DNA from: the human T2T-CHM13v2.0 reference genome, Homo sapiens
DNA length: 64,000 nt
Reading direction: 5' to 3' (one strand)
Assembly: GCF_009914755.1 (NCBI RefSeq)
Contig: NC_060926.1
The position numbers were made by a program, and so were the translations under genes. Below are positions 27,098-42,700 of the stretch, piece after piece. The number at the start of each line of letters is the position of its first letter. The first letter of the stretch is position 1. Below the pieces are notes generated by a model. That model saw only the letters and a list, made by a program, of their open reading frames with translations. It was not told the DNA's origin and searched no databases.

Positions 27098-28669
27098 AAA
27101 TCCTGAGGAAGAAGAAACAGCTGGCATATTAACTATTGTCTTTGGATGGCAACTCCTATGTTCATAACTTAGTGTTAATTAAATGATTAAATTAGTTAAA
27201 GATTTCATAAAGAGGGCCAAGTTTAGCAGGTTAGTGTCCCATTTTTCCAGATACTTATTCTCCATTCAAATAATCTTGCAAAAATGCTAGCAACAGAATA
27301 ATTTCAATATGCTGTGTTTATCTACCAAAACATATGTCCATTTAAGGGCCTATATTTAGTTCTTTAACTCACTAAAGAAGAAAGTGGCTACTTAAGACAG
27401 GGTAACACAATGGCAAAATAATAAAAATCCAGCTGATTTAGCTTCATGCAGTCTCTCAAAGTCACTAACAAGATCACTTATGTACATCTGCCAAGATGTA
27501 AGGGGTGACCATGGCAGTTAAAATAGATAGTTTTGGGACACAGAAACTTTTTAAAGAATAGGTTTTTTGTTTGTTTGTTTGTTTTTTTGGAATGGTTATT
27601 AAGTTCCAGTGCTGGGAGTCAGAAAAAATCCAAAAAGGGCAGACTTTCTATCCCTATAATAATCTTCCAAAATTTTGAAATTGTCCTTGGCATTTGAAAA
27701 AGTCTAAACACCCAACCATGAAAGCACTTTTGGATCTAATAATCTTTTATAAGAAATTTTCTTTACGGAAGATTAAAGCTTTCTACAAATGTTCATTTCA
27801 ATCTGACAGCATCTCTGCTGCAGGAAATACATGAAGGTAGGTCAATTTCATTGGATGAAGAAGGAGGCAAAATGAGAAGAATAGTAGACTTGGGGCTGGA
27901 AGGTATTGCAGTGATTGGTTTCAGTCTCGAACAGCTTTTTATTGTCAAGCTTCTTCAAGGATGTGAGGAGAATTTTTGATGTTGAAAATATTTTTTTCAT
28001 GTTTTTATGAGAAAATAGAAATGGCACGTTTTAAATAAAAAATAACAGAATGGAACTAGAAGGAATGATAGAGACATAGTTGATCAAAATCTTAATTCTG
28101 CCTTGACATTGTAGAATCACAGCAGAGGGAACTCAAGTCTCAATGAGTTCAGCCACTCGCTGGATATATAAGATGCACATATTCCCATTTGCAGATGACA
28201 AAACTATAATTAAACAAGGTTAAATACTCTGTCCATAAAGCAGTGAGTTATTGGTGAAGGAATGGGAAATTAGGCTGCCTGCATTTTACAACCATCCATG
28301 AGGTAAATGTCAGGAAATATGTTTGTTACCTACAAATTAATTATGTTGTATATGCTATTTTTAAATAGCTGTTTTTAATTTGATAAAGAAACCATTTAAC
28401 TGAAACATGAGTGTACATATGTCTATGTATTTCTGTGGACATCTATATATCTGTCTATATCTTTAAAAGACCTATTTTGGTCAATAGAACAAGTGGAATT
28501 AAAATTTATCTGGATTGTATATTACAATGAATTTGCACAAAATCAAATATTCTGTGATATATTTTAAGTGTATTTGTCTTTTTTTTCACTATTCAAATAA
28601 GAGAAATCTAGGTGAATATAGATATAGGTTATTTCTGATGTTTTTCTCACAGTAGACTACATTTTATTA

Positions 28670-28693
28670 GCAATTACTTTTGCACCAACCTAA
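28670..28693. mobile_element. Solo Hsmar1/MADE1 TIR fragment
   Basis: gcaattacttttgcaccaacctaa matches the recalled MADE1 terminal 24 nt and is followed by TA. Confidence 0.75.
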
Positions 28694-29756
28694 TAAATCT
28701 GAAGTACAAAAACTGAGTGGAAAAGATGAGGAACTGAAGTAAACATTTTGCTCTTTTTTGGGATAGAATCATCATCCTGAGAGACTAGTGCTTTTATCCT
28801 CTTTACAAACACTTTCAGGTAATGTGTTGTCATAGTCCAGATCTGCAGAGCTTAAGAGAAAGAGTTGACATTGGAAAACCTAAATGTGCCTCATTAAAGA
28901 TCTGGGACAAAGTGAATTGTTGAAGACAATAATTTTTTACAGCTATTGCTGAGATTGACCAATTTTTGGTTAGAAAAAAAAACCTGTAGTTGCTTTGCTG
29001 TATTTCAGTACATATTGATGTTCTTTGAAGCAGACTCTGTAAAAACGAAATAAGAATGATTTTTAAATGACTATTTTCCCATGCCAAGTACTACTAAGTA
29101 TACTTTTAGACACTTTTTTACTGGTGGAAGTTTATAATCAGTGTCATTGGAAAAGAAGTCTTTATGTGGGGCATTAGAGAAAAAGAAGTTTTTTGAAAAA
29201 CCTCAACTTTTCTGTCACCCATTATTCATTGCAATGTGCTTATCTTTTGTTATCTGCTTCAAACAAGTTTAATTAAAAACATATACATTCCATATTTTAT
29301 AAGGTATCATAGAGGAGGATAATGTATTCCTTTATGGAGAGCAACAGATGGGAAAAAGAAAGAAAGATGAGAGAGTAAGAAGCAAGTATATTTTAGAATC
29401 TCTCTTAAGAATTATAAATATATAAAGTTCTAAGACAAGTATATGAAAATGTGAGACCATTCCATCTCAGGAAGATACTACATAATCATTATATATCATT
29501 AAAAATTTACAACTACAGCTTTTTATTTTTAAAAATTTTAAATTAACAATTTTATTAAGCATAATTTACATATTATAAAATCCACCCATTGGAATTATAC
29601 ATTTCAATGACTTTTAAATAAATGTATACAGTTGTGCAATCATCTCCATAACCCACTTCACAGCTCTTTAGAGTTGCTTTTCTTTCTCAGATTCATAGAG
29701 GAGTCTTTTTTAATGTATATGATCAATTCATCACTTATTTTTAAAAATCTTAATAT

Positions 29757-29820
29757 CATGTACCCTAAAACTTAAAGTATAATTTTAAAAAGTTAAAAAT
29801 AAAAAAAAAGAAATGAAAAA
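29757..29820 (+). mobile_element. Ultra-short 5'-truncated young L1PA insertion
   Basis: catgtaccctaaaacttaaagtataa (the extreme L1 3' end) plus A-rich tail. 14-bp TSD aaaaatcttaatat at 29743-29756 and 29821-29834, at a TT/AAAA endonuclease site. Confidence 0.88.
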
Positions 29821-31555
29821 AAAAATCTTAATATACCTTTCAATACATGCCAATTTAGAAACATGCACATATCTGTAGCAAAGTGACATTGTGAGTAAAT
29901 ACAGTACAATTATGATACAGGTCATAGGAATCTAGTTTATCAGAATAAAAGGCTTTCTAAGAGAATCACCAAGTGTATAGACATTTTTTAATGTGGTAAA
30001 TAAAAAAACACAGGACACATCTAAGAGGTATCATTTTGTCCAATCTGTTCTCTTCATTGATAATTCTATTTTCAAGCTCACAATAGAAGCCCAACTCTTT
30101 CAGGAAGCCTTCTCACATTTCTCCAATATAACTTTTTTTCTCTCTCTCAACTATACTTTTATAACTCTAAACTTTTACATATGAAAGTCAGTGTAGCTTA
30201 TCTTAGAAATGTTTATAAATTATACCATTTATTCTCTTTGACTGAGTTCTACCACGGATTTTTCAACTCATTTTCCCACAGTGCCTAGCATTTTACTTTA
30301 TGGATTAAGTAGCCAATTCATACATATTTAATTAAATATAAAGAATAAACTTTTCTTGATTGTATGCATCTAGTGCATAATAAAGACAGAGTTTATAATA
30401 TCTGAAACTTTATAAAAGTTGATAGGGAATATATATATATATAATGTTATACAATATATCTAGATTATATAGTATGTATATATATTTTATGTGTATGTAT
30501 TTATATAACTGTTGGTGTTCTCAGTACAGAGTACACTGAAGCCTGAGTTAGACCAGGAATGATAATACATAAACCCAGAAATTAGGCCTAGAATGATTAC
30601 TCAATAAAGAGAGAGAAGATATTATAGACAAAAAGAACAATTTAGAGTCTTTCTATAATAATAAGAGCAAGAGAACTTGTTATACCTATATCTTAAAAAT
30701 CTGTTGCATTCATCCATGGCTCCTGAGTTGTACAGTCCAGCCATGGTTTGTATCTACTAACAGTTTGGGGATTGCTTTTCACCATTTACAAAAGTCTATT
30801 TGATCTATGATTACATGGCGCTGCCTTTGCTCTGCAGATACCCGGGTAGCTGTGGATCTCTGAAGGGTAGTGACTTTTAGTTGGGAATAAAAAGGCCATT
30901 GTCACCCTACAGCTTCTCCAAACTCAAGGAACCAGTACCTTGCCAATTCTTATTTAAGTGTGTGTTCTTTTTTGGGTTTCACAGTTTGCCATCTTTTCCT
31001 TCATTCACTCTTATTTTTAGTGTTTAAAAAATTAACTATCCTCATCTTTTTATCTTCTTTGATCTTCACCTTTAAAAAATATTTCTAGTTCTTTGAGCCT
31101 ATTCACGTGTTCATTGGAAGATCAAAAAGAATGTGAAAAAACCAGAATCAGCCATCCGGAGGATCAATTAAGAATGATAAATTTTTATACAAATGGTCCT
31201 TAATCCAGGGATGTATTATGTTTCAAAATGACTCTAACATCTGGTCTCTTTGGCAAAAGTAAAGCTAAGAATGAAAGTTATCACCCTGGGTAACTTTGGA
31301 AATAACTGTCTTTTTTGGCTACATTTGGTTGGGGCATCTGTCAGAAGTAGGGAGAAGTATACTACAGGAAGAATAGCAGTAGTCTTTTTGAGAATCTCAG
31401 TGCACCACTTCACAATTGAAGCCTCTTTTGGTTTTGGAAATGACTTTAAGGAGCCTTTTCAGAAACTCGCAACCTAAAAGGCAGTTAAAGTTGGTTCAAA
31501 TAAACCCCTTAGATGAAAGAAGAGAGAAAAAATAAGATCAAGAAGGGAAGGGATG

Positions 31556-31946
31556 TGTCCTTAGTCTGTATGCACTGCTATAACAAAATACTTGAGACTA
31601 AGTTATTTGTAAAGAACAGAAACATATTTTCTGATAGTTCTGGAGTCCATGAAGTCTAAAGTCAAGGTGCCAGCAGGTTCATTTGTCTTGTGAGGGCTAC
31701 TTATTGCTTCCAAGATGAGGCCTTGTTGCTGCATCCTCCAGAAAAAAATAATACTGTGTCTTCACATTGCAGAAAGTGGAAGGGCAATCCAGAGGAATGC
31801 TGCCTGAAGTCTCCTTTATAGGAGTTTTAATCCCATTCATAAGGAAGCAGCCCTTATTATATAATCACCTCTTGAAGGACTAACTTCTTAATACTATCAC
31901 ATTGGTAACAACTGAATTTTGGAGGGGACACATTCAAACCATAGCA
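31556..31946 (-). mobile_element. MLT1A-type MaLR solo LTR
   Basis: tgtccttagtctg...ctgctataacaaaatac...aaggtgccagcaggttc...ggggacacattcaaaccatagca, flanked by gatg direct repeats. Confidence 0.8.
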
Positions 31947-32058
31947 GATGTTAAGTCAGGAGGAGATTAGCAATACTGCCTTCAGAACCCTTCTTTGCAG
32001 TCTGGGGCCCCTCAGTTTTCATACTCCCACAAGGTGAGTAGGAGGAGGAAAGGATCCT

Positions 32059-32401
32059 TGTTTTAGTGAGTTCCAACTGCCATAAAAAATAATCAGAGTT
32101 TGAGCGGCTTAAGCAACAGAAATGTATTTTCTTATAGTTCTGGAGGCTGAGAAATCTAGTATCAAGGTGTGGACGAATTACTGGAGAAGGCTCTCTTCCT
32201 GAGCTTTCAGACAGCCACCTTCTCACTGTGTCCTCATTTGGTAGAGAGAGAGAAAGCACACTCTCATTTCTCTTCTTATAAGGACACTAATACCGTCATG
32301 AGGGCTCCCCTTTCGTAACCTTATTTGTGTCTAATTACCTCCCAAACATCTCATCACCACATATCATTCTCATTTTGGGGAACACAATTTAGTCCATAGC
32401 T
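32059..32401 (-). mobile_element. MLT1A0/MLT1B-type MaLR solo LTR
   Basis: ggcttaagcaacagaaat...agttctggaggctg...cttataaggacactaat...aattacctcccaaa...ggggaacacaatttagtccatagc. Confidence 0.78.
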
Positions 32402-32655
32402 ATTCTGCATTAAGAAAAGGATGTGCCTTTAGTCATGCAGCCACTGATAATTATATGACTTTGAACAGACCACTCTATCAGTATGAAATTTTGTTGCCTG
32501 TTCTGTGAAATGACAATGGCAATTCCTAATCTCCTACATGCTTATGGATGTCAAAATAGTTGACTTCTTCAATCTATCTTCAGGGGATAACCAAAGTGCC
32601 CATTAAACAATAATTAGAAGCTACAAGAATTATAATATTTCTCTCAGAATCGTAA

Positions 32656-32965
<310 letters not shown>

Positions 32966-33649
32966 AGCTATTGACTTATTTTAGGAACTGTTTGAGTTTT
33001 TCCTCGTTTCTGTCATGATGGTTAATTCGACAGTAAACTGGGTATGTTGGATATCTGGAATCTGATATCTGACCCTCAACATCTGTTACTATCTCAAACT
33101 GCAAGGTGGTTTTCCATCTCTTCCATGATACAAGCTGCCTTTGCTTTTGTGGTCTCCCCAGATGTTTTATGAGGTTCCATCAATGATGGAAACAAGTTGA
33201 GTTTCTCCTAGCTGATTTCTGCCAGCAATGTTCTCTAATATATGTCTAAGCCATATTGTTTCTCTAGGATTATGTCAAGGTGTTTCCCATTGGAGCTGTG
33301 GACATATGTGAATAAATCCTCAAACATCTATGTGGGAAATAAACTGGGGAGAGGCATATAAGACAGAATTTTAAGTCCTTTATTGAGGAGACAATGCCTT
33401 CTTTCTTATGCCCTAGAATAGAAGCACCACAGCATAGGCTTGGGCCTAAATTTGCAAAGCAACTTGTGTGTACTTGCTGTGGGACCTCAAAGAGATCGTC
33501 CAAATTTTTTGAGCACATTTCCTCATCCATGAAATGTAGTTATAATACCTATATTGTAGTTATCAATATATATAAAAATTGATAAAATATGTTCTACATA
33601 ATTTATGGTCTTCAATAAATAGTAGCTGGTATTATTTCATCATTATTGC

Positions 33650-33685
33650 CATCATCATCATCATCATCTTCATCATCATCATCAT
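33650..33685. repeat. (CAT)n microsatellite
   Basis: catcatcatcatcatcatcttcatcatcatcatcat. Confidence 0.9.
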
Positions 33686-34795
33686 TGTCACTTAAGGATT
33701 CATAAGCTCAAAGATCTGAGGAAGTTTTATAACACTGTGAGACCTAACATGGGCACCAAATATTGGAATTTTTGTGAAAGTTGAGGTATGTGTTTGGAAT
33801 TAATGATACGGGCATTTTTGCCTCAGATAAATAATATAAACTTTCTGGGTTTATTTCTTTTTTTTCTAGGTTGATAGCTTTCTAGGTATAAACGTTTGTT
33901 TTTCAAAAATAAAAAGTTATATAAGCATGCAAACTGAAACCCCTGTTTTTGGTGGGGCGTATTTTCACTTTTCCAAGGAGAATTCTCTTAAAAGGGAAGC
34001 CAAACTATAGTAAATCCTCATGTTTTTCTAGATGTGGGCCACATTATAGTGTCACATCAATTATATTAATTTACTTTGCCATTATTTGGCCAGACATAAA
34101 GATTCTGCAGAAAAAACTGCATTTGGACTGGCATATAATTTGGAATTGCCCGAGAGGATGGAGAATCGAGAAATTTTTATCAAGACCAGTTTGCTATTCA
34201 GCAAATAGGGAGTTATTCACCAATCCATTCTGTTTTATAATACATTGGGTGTTCACTAATGTTCATCTTGTTTATTTTCTTTACCCACAGTTGGTGTTTC
34301 TAGATTCTTGTCTACCAGAGTAAGCTCTATCCAGTTTCTAAGGCCAGTACTGAAGTATTTAAATCCTCCCCAATTTAATTCTAAGGATTTCAACATTGCC
34401 ACCTTCTACTCATCAGCTACGTTTAACTTGTGAGTACCGAAGTCCTGATAACCAACACTTGCTTTGCTCCTGGAACTATAGTCCATGTTGTAGTTCTAAC
34501 AACCACTATTTTTTTCCCTTAGACTTGATTTTCTGTCTTTATAAACTGTATAACATCTAAATTTCTCTGAAGTATAGAGCCTCTGATGGCAATTGCCCTA
34601 TGATCTGCTCACAAATTCCACAGCGCCAACTGCTTGCCTCCAACTTGAATGTGCAGGATTGTCAGATCTGATTAGATTCACTTATAAGTGGATCTCTTAT
34701 CTGTGATTAAGCACTCTTGATTTCCCCCCTGCAAATTGTGCTGTCATTTATCCCAAACCTTTGGCCTGATCAGCCCTCAGTTCTGGTTGTTTCTT

Positions 34796-34905
34796 TTCCA
34801 TATATATATATATATATGGAATATATATATTATATAGAATATATATAGTGTATATATAATTCTAATCATATATAAATTAGAATCATGTATATATGATTCT
34901 AATTT
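34796..34905. repeat. AT-rich (TA)n repeat with perfect inverted repeats
   Basis: Palindrome ttcc(at)9ggaa at 34796-34821. 13-bp arms aaattagaatcat / atgattctaattt at 34874-34886 and 34893-34905. Confidence 0.85.
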
Positions 34906-35940
34906 CTAACTCGGCAATTCACTCTATCCTTTTGCAGTTAACAAGCTTTGCCTTAAAAATTCAAAGTCTCCACCATAAATGGACTTCATATACATCTTAT
35001 CCCAAATTACTTTGAATGGAAATTTGGGATATGAGGCTGTGAATGGGTAGGGAATCTGGTGCTGGAGTTGGATGGGATGAAGGAGCAGAAGTTGTATTGT
35101 GCCTTGAGTTATGAAACATCAAAGTAGGATTACTTTTTTCCAACTGCAGGTTCCAGAAACTTTGCCATTCTCTACATGAATCTGTGGCTGCATTGAGCTA
35201 TGATCCATTGCTGAGACCATGATTCTGAGTTCTTTTATGGAAGCCTACCCTGTTATTAATGACAGAGAATGTGTCTTAACACTTGAACTTCAAATTTACA
35301 TTCCTATGGAATGGAATGGGTAATTAGTGGGTTACACTAATGAATGGAATAGGTAATTAGTGGGTTAAGGAGACTCATGATTTATAAATTAAAGCATAGG
35401 GTATAGCAAACAGGGTAACTTAATTATTGACACATTTTTCTTACACTTAATGCTTAATCTTTTCTGTTTGATCCTTCTTCATTCTCACTGTAACACCAGG
35501 AAATGATTAACAGGACCCCTCCTTTATGACACAAAGAGCTGAATTAGGCTTAGCTTTCTACTCACCACCACATTTTCCCTGGACCTCTCTATCAGAGAAT
35601 TATCTGACCCAACAACTGAATGAGTTTTTCCCTTTATAAATCCTTTGTAACTCTAAAAGTTTTACTCAGTGTGCTGTCTCAATTTTATACTCCTGATAAT
35701 GCTGTTCTGCCAATGACCAACTCAGAACTCCTCCTATGTATGGGCTGTGTGTGTGCCTGTATGTGTGTGTGAGCATCATGTGGTAATTTCAGTTGTTGCA
35801 GTAGCTATGTATTGAGTTATAAGGGGGAGAAAATACAAATTAAACAATTTCTAACATCAAATGAGTTACTTCCAGGAGTTTAGCATCTTACAGACTGTGC
35901 TAGAGGCTCCTGCCACATGTCTAGCTTTTTAAAAAATTAA

Positions 35941-35950
35941 TTTATTTATT
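35941..35950 (-). promoter_or_regulatory. Polyadenylation signal(s) of the ANKRD11 retrocopy
   Basis: Minus strand reads ggAATAAATAAA (two overlapping AATAAA) at the distal end of the 3'UTR-like sequence. Confidence 0.65.
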
Positions 35951-36529
35951 CCTTTACACATAGCTGAAAGTGATGTTACAGTACAGAAGTTATTTACAAC
36001 TGTGCAGTAATGTGTTGCAAACTAAATTATCTAGAAGGCAGCAAAAGTACATTGTGAATTTACATAAAACTATACAGCGTTTGCAGATACACTTTTTATA
36101 TGATTATTGGCTCTGTAGTGGTTCAAGTTATGTTCTCAGAAAGAGAAACAAAATGCCCAAGATTAAAAGAAAAAAGATACCAACCACGTGGATTTGACTG
36201 CATTAAAAACAGTACGGGGGTCCTGGTTCTGTGTCCCTCTGCCTGGGCAGGTGGCACGGCCAATGTCCTGCTCCGCACCAGGTCCTAAGCCCAGTCTGAG
36301 GCCGTTGCAGCTCTGTGGCAACAGGACCATGGCTGGGACGGCACACCTGCCCCTCCTACCTGGAGGTCACTGTTTGTGAGACATGGACACCTTAATTTTA
36401 TTTTCTTTAGTTGATCAGAATGGAACAAAAAAAAATTAAAAATCCACTCCATTCTCCAACTCCTGAAATGCCTCTGCAGTTGGCTGGAGAAAAGGGTCCG
36501 AAGGTTACCATTTTCAGATAGAAGCTGCC

Positions 36530-39700
<3,171 letters not shown>

Positions 39701-42700
39701 TGGGCGTGGCTTATTTTCGGCAGCAGGTGGAATAGGAGTCAACTCCTTGAGCTTTTTGTCTTTAAAGGGAGGGTCCAGCCCCGGAGGTTTCTTGGCAGGA
39801 ATTTCCAGACCCTTCTTCCGCCCGTCGTCTGCTGGCTTCGCCCTCTCCTTGAGGTTGGGGTCTCTGGACTGGTGCCTCAGCTTCTCCATCTGCTTCATCC
39901 TCTCCTTGTGCCCCTTGTGGCGCTCCTCGATCTCCAGGTCCTTCTGGGAGAACATCCTCTGGAAGCTGATTATCATCATGTCGCCATCCCCCCGGAGCTT
40001 TTCCCTGGGCCTGGCATTTTTCTTGCCTGGGTCTTTGGATGGCGATACTTTATCATCCCCTTTGCTCATCTTCACAGAGTCGTCCTTTTCTTTTTCTGCA
40101 CTGTCCTTGAATTTCTCCTTCAGTTTGGCCTTCTTGAGCCTCGGGTCCTCATCCCTGGACTTGTCTTTGAGTGCACGGGGAGGGCTGTCCTTGTCCCTGG
40201 CAGTGGGCTTCTGCTTGGTCCCTGTGATGCCGCAGGAGCCAGTCTGCATGCCTGTTCCGGTTCTTCCTCTTCTCGTCTGTCAATTTCTCCCTTTGTTTCT
40301 CTCTCTTATTCTTCACTTTTAGGATGTTGATGGTACTAGATCCATAAGGCTTTAGTTCCTTTTCTATTTTCTTGGAAGTTTCTCTCTCTGAATCATTTTT
40401 ATCTTTCTTTTCGGTAGAAAATAATTCAACGGTTTTATTTAGCCTATCTTCTATGACAGCTTTCATGTTGTAAGAAACTCCATAAGCAACCATCTCCAGG
40501 AAGTCCTTTTCATACTGGCCGGTGTCCTTCCTGCTGCCGCCCTCCTTGTAATCTCTGCCCTTCTCTTCTGGGACTTTTCTTTCTTGGCTGTCTCTCTCAG
40601 TAGTGGCTCTACTTGGATGAGGATGAGGAGTGTCTGTGCCTCTCCTTCTCTTTCAGCTTCTCCGGGAGGCAGGCGCTCTCCCTGGCCTCCTCCTACATGG
40701 GTGGCTGCTTGAGAGAGATCTCCAGGAAGGCAGTCATCCCTGGCTCCTGCCCTCAGTCTGTGCAGCTGTCAGAGGAGACCTCACTGATTTTATCACTGGA
40801 GTCGTCTCTGTACTCATGGAGAGCTTCTTCCAACTTTTCAAGCAGGCTTTTTTCCATGTCAGCACTTCTCAAGGACTTCCTCTCCTTGGAATATTCTTTA
40901 TCTGACTTCTCTTTGTGTTTGCTGTTAGCCTTGTCTTCAGCAGACTGTTTCTTTTCAGCCTTCTCAGGGAGCTTCTGTTTATTTTTCTTATCTTGTGTGG
41001 AGTCCACTGAAGCTCTTTCCGTCCTGTTCTTATACTTTTCTGGTACTCTTTAACCTTCTTCTCCTTGTGCTTTTCAAGGACTTTCTCTTTTTTATCTGTC
41101 ACACCGTCAGCAGCCCCTGTGTCCTTTCTCTTGTCTTTGGGCTCCTTGTCCTTTTGCCTCTTGGGTGCTGCTCATCAGAAGAGGACTTCCTGTGTCTGTC
41201 AGAGGCATAGGCCTCCCGCCCTTCGTCCTTCTCCTAGAGGTCATCCATCCTCTGTAAGTCGCTGGCCTCTCCGATCTTGAACCTACTCCCCATGTAGTTG
41301 TCTTTGTCATCCTCTCTCTCTTCTGTGAATACGTCTGCGACGTACCAGCTTTTCTCCTTGCCTTTCTTGTCATTTTTTTTTTCAGAGAAGTCTTCTGAGA
41401 TAATCCCAGGGAAAGTTTTCTCCTTTTTCTCTTTCCCTTGGTCAAGAGACACTTTCCTTTTTTTTGTCTTTGCCATGTGTGTATTTGTGTTTATTCCTTG
41501 GTATCTTTTTTCTCTTTAAAACATTTATCAAATTCTCTGTCCTTCTGACATTTTTCGAGGATAGATTTCTCACTTTTGTCCTTGTTACTGGACTTCTGTT
41601 TGTATTTTTCTGGATTTGTTTTCTCCTTCCTTTCCTTATCAAGGCCGTCCTTCTTCTCTTGCACTGGGTCTTGCAGTTCCCACGGTTCCAGGCCCTTCCC
41701 AAAATCGCAGTCAGACTTTTCCTTGAAGACACTCTGGTAGCCTCACTCCTTCAGCTCCTCGCGGTGTGCGGTGTGCCTCCTCTGGCTTGGCCCTGCAGTC
41801 CCTGTGCTCCTTGGAGCTCTGGAGGGTGTCCTTTTTGTCCTGGCTGGCCTCTACGGACTCTCTCTCCTCTTTTTGTCATTTTCCAAAAGGTAGCCGGGGA
41901 CACTTTGTGCTTTTCAGTCTGGTCTTTTCTCAGAGTTTTTATCCAAATAGTCCTTGTCCTTTTGGAAGAAGGGCTCTCTGTAGTCTCGCTTCTCCCGGGC
42001 CCTGCTGTCCTGCTTCCTCTCCTGGCTGTCCTCCTTCACTGTTTCTAAGATCAGCTTGGCCACAGAGTTATTCTTCAAGTCCCTGTAGTCTGTCACTGAA
42101 GAGTCCCAGCTGTCTCCCACTTTGAAATCAAAGGATGAATCAGACAAGTCAAAAAAACCACCGATCTGGCTGATTGTCAGAAAGGCTAAATTTGATGTCT
42201 TCATTCTCCAGAAACTGATTTTTATTAAAATATTCATCAAAAGCAGAATCTTCCCTATAAACCTTTTCTTTTTTGAGTTTTTCTTTATCTTCTTTAAAAG
42301 TCTTCTCCTTCTCTTTTGAAATGTTGTCCTCTTTTAAATCATTCTTTTTCTCTAATTTTGACGGCCCGTCTTTTCACTTACTCTTTCTCTCCTCTTTGTA
42401 CAGTCTCAGTTTTTCTTCCTTTGAAGACTTTTCCTTCAGAGATTTCTCCTTTTCTGCTGTATTCGAACAGTCTTTCTCTTCTTGGAAAGATCTGCTGATA
42501 TCTTTGTTCATGCCTTTGATTCTCTTCAGTGATTTTTCATCTTTGGAGACCTTAATGATCTCATCTTTAAAGAGCCATTCTTTCTCTTCTGATATCATTT
42601 TGCTAAGTTTCTCTTCTTTTTTAAAGTGGTCTCGATCAAGCTATAACACTTTTAACTTATTTTCAGTGGAAATATCATTCTCTAAAAGTATAGCCTTAAT

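Noticed and set aside
30815-30840. catggcgctgcctttgctctg as a REST/RE1 or YY1 site
   Set aside because: Only the GGCGCTG half matches RE1, and the short YY1-like core is expected by chance.
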